NCBI GenBank assembly: GCA_001642005.1
Contig: LWCA01000190.1
Coordinates: 1 to 42,226, forward strand
Length of the DNA stretch: 42,226 bases
From: Intoshia linei
Lineage: Eukaryota; Animalia; Orthonectida
Reading direction: 5' to 3'
The notes under the pieces are model-generated. The model saw nothing but the letters and a program-made list of their open reading frames with translations, made no database searches and had not been told where the DNA came from. This document shows positions 39,376 through 42,226 of this stretch, in pieces. The position numbers were made by a program, and so were the translations under genes. Each line of letters starts with the position of its first letter. Position 1 is the first letter of the stretch.

Positions 39376-39860
39376 TCTCTACCTCTACTACCTCTTTTTA
39401 TATTAGCTCTAGTTGTGAGTTAGTAGTGGTAAAATATATAAAACGGAAAGTAGGCTACGCTAAAATTTTGTCTTTTTCTTAATTTTTATTTTTAATGCTT
39501 TGAAATTGAGTATCTACGAGTTTTTATTATTAATAATCTTGTTCAATTACTTGTAAACCAATATACCATCATTTTCTTAAATTTTGAGTATTTTTTATAA
39601 TTTTTAGTCTTGTATGTATTATATCTTCATTCTAAAACAAATGTTAGCAAAAAAATTTACTAAATATACCTCTTTCATGTTCAAAACACTTTTAAAGATA
39701 CAAGCATATCATACAAACACGTCACACGTGAAAGAAATAAAAACTAATTTAACAAGTCTATGTATCACGATAAAATTCCCTGTAATGTAGATATAGGTTG
39801 TGGATTTTTAAATATGTTTCCAATATAAATTATTTGCAATATATTTTTAATTAATTATAG

Positions 39861-41176
39861 GTATGATGCAAATTTAAATTGTCAAAGTAAAGGGTACGAT
39901 TCTTTAATATACTATGAAAATGATACAGAAAGGATGCAATTAGTCAACATTACATTAAGTTATAACGAAAATCAATACAACGAATACTGTAATGACATTT
40001 CATGTAAATTTTGGTACGATATAACTAAAGAATCTGTTAAAAAGTATAGTGGTAATGTTAATTTATATTTTAAAATTGTTATAAATAATTGTTATAAAAC
40101 TTACATGTTAACATTTTAAATTTAAATAAAAAAAAATAAAGGGCTTGTATTTATCGCGTATTTTAATCCGTAAAGTGTCAGCATTTTAGATGGTTTATCA
40201 GTAGAAATATGGAATTGTCAGTTGATATAATGGATTTTCAGTATTTTAGGTGGCAGTTGACAAGGCGTCAGTATAAATAATTGATTCTCAGTATTTAAAT
40301 TGGAAGGGCAGTAAAAAAAATTATTTTGTCAGTATTTTAAATATACTGTCAGTATTTAAATTAAAAACTGACAAATATGTAATTGAATACTGAAAAAGTA
40401 CATTTTAATATTTATACTGACAATTTTTGTTGAAAATAATGTAAATTTTTTATTAAAATACTGACAAATAAAATAATTCCCAAAATAAAATATATGTACT
40501 CCAAAATGATATTAATTTAACATGAATTTCTTAAAATATTATGAAATTATAATGATAGAGGCCTACCGTGCCGATATCCCCTTTGGTGACTTGCAAAATT
40601 CTTTGTAATATGGACCATCATTTTTCTAAATTTAGCATTAAAAAATTATATTTATGAATATAGTGACTATTTTTTGTGTTAAATTTAAAATGCCAAGTCA
40701 AGAGCCTCAGATAGGTTAACATGGCTATATGAAACTGAATCACTTTTGCAAATTTTTAAGGCCCATTTTTTGTTTTCGGTGGCCTCGAGCTGGGTAGGTT
40801 CGACTGTGAACATCGGTACATATTCTATCATCAAATATTTATTTATTATCAAAATTAAAAACGAAAATATTAGATAATAATATTATTAATAATAATAATA
40901 TCAATAATATTTAATAATAATTATTAATTATACATAATGTGCAACAGTTTTGTTTAACTTTATATTTAGGGAAAATTAATTACACGCGTTGGGGTTTAGA
41001 CAAACCTGAATCTCAAGATTCAAAATGTGTTACATTGAAAACTTATAAAGGAGCTTATTGGAGATATATGGATTGTAATAAAAAGTTGAATTTTTATTGT
41101 CGTAAAAGTAATAATAATTATTTAATTATTAATTAAAATTCTAGGACGGTTTGTTTTACCCTATTTTTCAAAATAA
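39861..41176 (+). CDS. C-type lectin-like domain protein, 3' exons (39861-40051, 40970-41107, 41145-41176); 5' end unresolved
   Basis: YDANLNCQSKG..FWYD..INYTRWGLDKPESQDSKCVTL..YWRYMDCNKKLNFYCRK fits the CTLD Cys/Trp pattern. Splice phases are compatible. Confidence 0.7.
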
Positions 41177-41929
41177 TGAGTAATTTGTGGTTTTAACAGT
41201 GAAGTGGAAAGTTTTAGGTGTTGAGATCTATCATAAGGGTCATATGTTAAAAAATTTAACAGAATCTGTTTTTTTAAAATTCAAATACTCTTTTTATTTA
41301 TAAAAAAATTGTCATTGGTAATTTGCCTCTGACTTTTTTTCAGTCATATTTATTTAGTTTGCCAATTTTTCAATTTTTAATTTATAGTACTTAATGTACA
41401 GGAAAAAACTGACTGAGCATTTTTGATTTTAAAATTTCTGGGATTGTTAGTTTTCTCAATAAATGGTTAAAACCTGAAAAATACCTTTTACTTTATCTAA
41501 ATTTAGTAAATATAGACACGAAAAAAAATATTTCGGGTAGCATAGTTTTAAAATTTACACGTACTCAATTTTGTTAAAATTATGAGGGAAAACTAATATT
41601 TCAACTATTAATAAAAATTTAAATTAAATCACTTTTATCATCCATATATCAAAAAAATAAATCGATTTATCAAATTCTTTTAAATCCCTGAATTGAAAGA
41701 TGATAAAACAATATTTTTCGTTATGGTTTATATCAAATAGAGTATTCTTTAGTATTGATAAACATGAAATTGTGAATAGAAAACTAAATTTTAATTACAG
41801 TAAATAAAACTATTATTTACACATAATACACACCAGAAAACAACTAAAATGCATCGTAATTGCTTTGCAATTTATTAAAATTTAACGAATAGCATGTGCA
41901 TTAAATTCTTATTATACTATTATATGATA

Positions 41930-42226
41930 CAGTAGAAGCCGCTTGTATTGATCATATTGGGACAGAGCAGTTTTGATAATTATAAGCGGCTTTTTGAAAT
42001 ATAGATAACTTTATTTGTTTACATATTCGATGAAAGTTATGGATACGAAATATAACAAAAATACTTGAATAACATTTATTTGGACAAGAAATAATTATCA
42101 ATTTTAGATTGTATTTTATTTTCATGTAATAATTCTTGAATAAAGCGATCATACTTTTAATGCTTTTCAAATCTTATAGATCTTTGTTGTACACCTCGAC
42201 GTAGTACATTCAAGGCTTCTTGTAAC
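41930..42226. mobile_element. End of a pogo/Tigger-like element, truncated by the window end
   Basis: TA|CAGTAGAAGCCGCTTGTATTGATCA..GATAATTATAAGCGG resembles a pogo-type TIR with a subterminal inverted repeat. The partner TIR is not in the window. Confidence 0.55.

Overview
Very AT-rich, compact animal (metazoan) genomic DNA with many 33-40 nt GT-AG introns. This style resembles a reduced parasite genome such as an orthonectid, but that is inference only. Hand-splicing gives six apparently intact genes: RPS12/eS12 (-), CCDC115/Vma22 (+), a tailless/NR2E1 nuclear receptor (-), a divergent alpha-tubulin (-), a minimal SPRTN/Spartan protease (-, absent from the ORF track) and a 15-exon, 837-aa major vault protein (+). 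There is also an atypical, probably damaged protein kinase (-) and a partial C-type lectin (+). A tandem duplication (about 5.3-7.3 kb and 8.3-11.1 kb) has decayed reciprocally: copy A has a dead RPS12 but open exons of the neighbouring gene, and copy B has the reverse. A Helitron 3' end lies exactly at the junction. Introns and intergenic DNA carry DNA transposons: decayed hAT and Tigger/pogo transposases, four copies of a non-autonomous Helitron, and several MITE families. The most unusual feature is a MITE in RPS12 intron 2 that carries a complete tRNA-like or vault-RNA-like Pol III unit. All exon coordinates were derived by eye and need RNA-seq confirmation.
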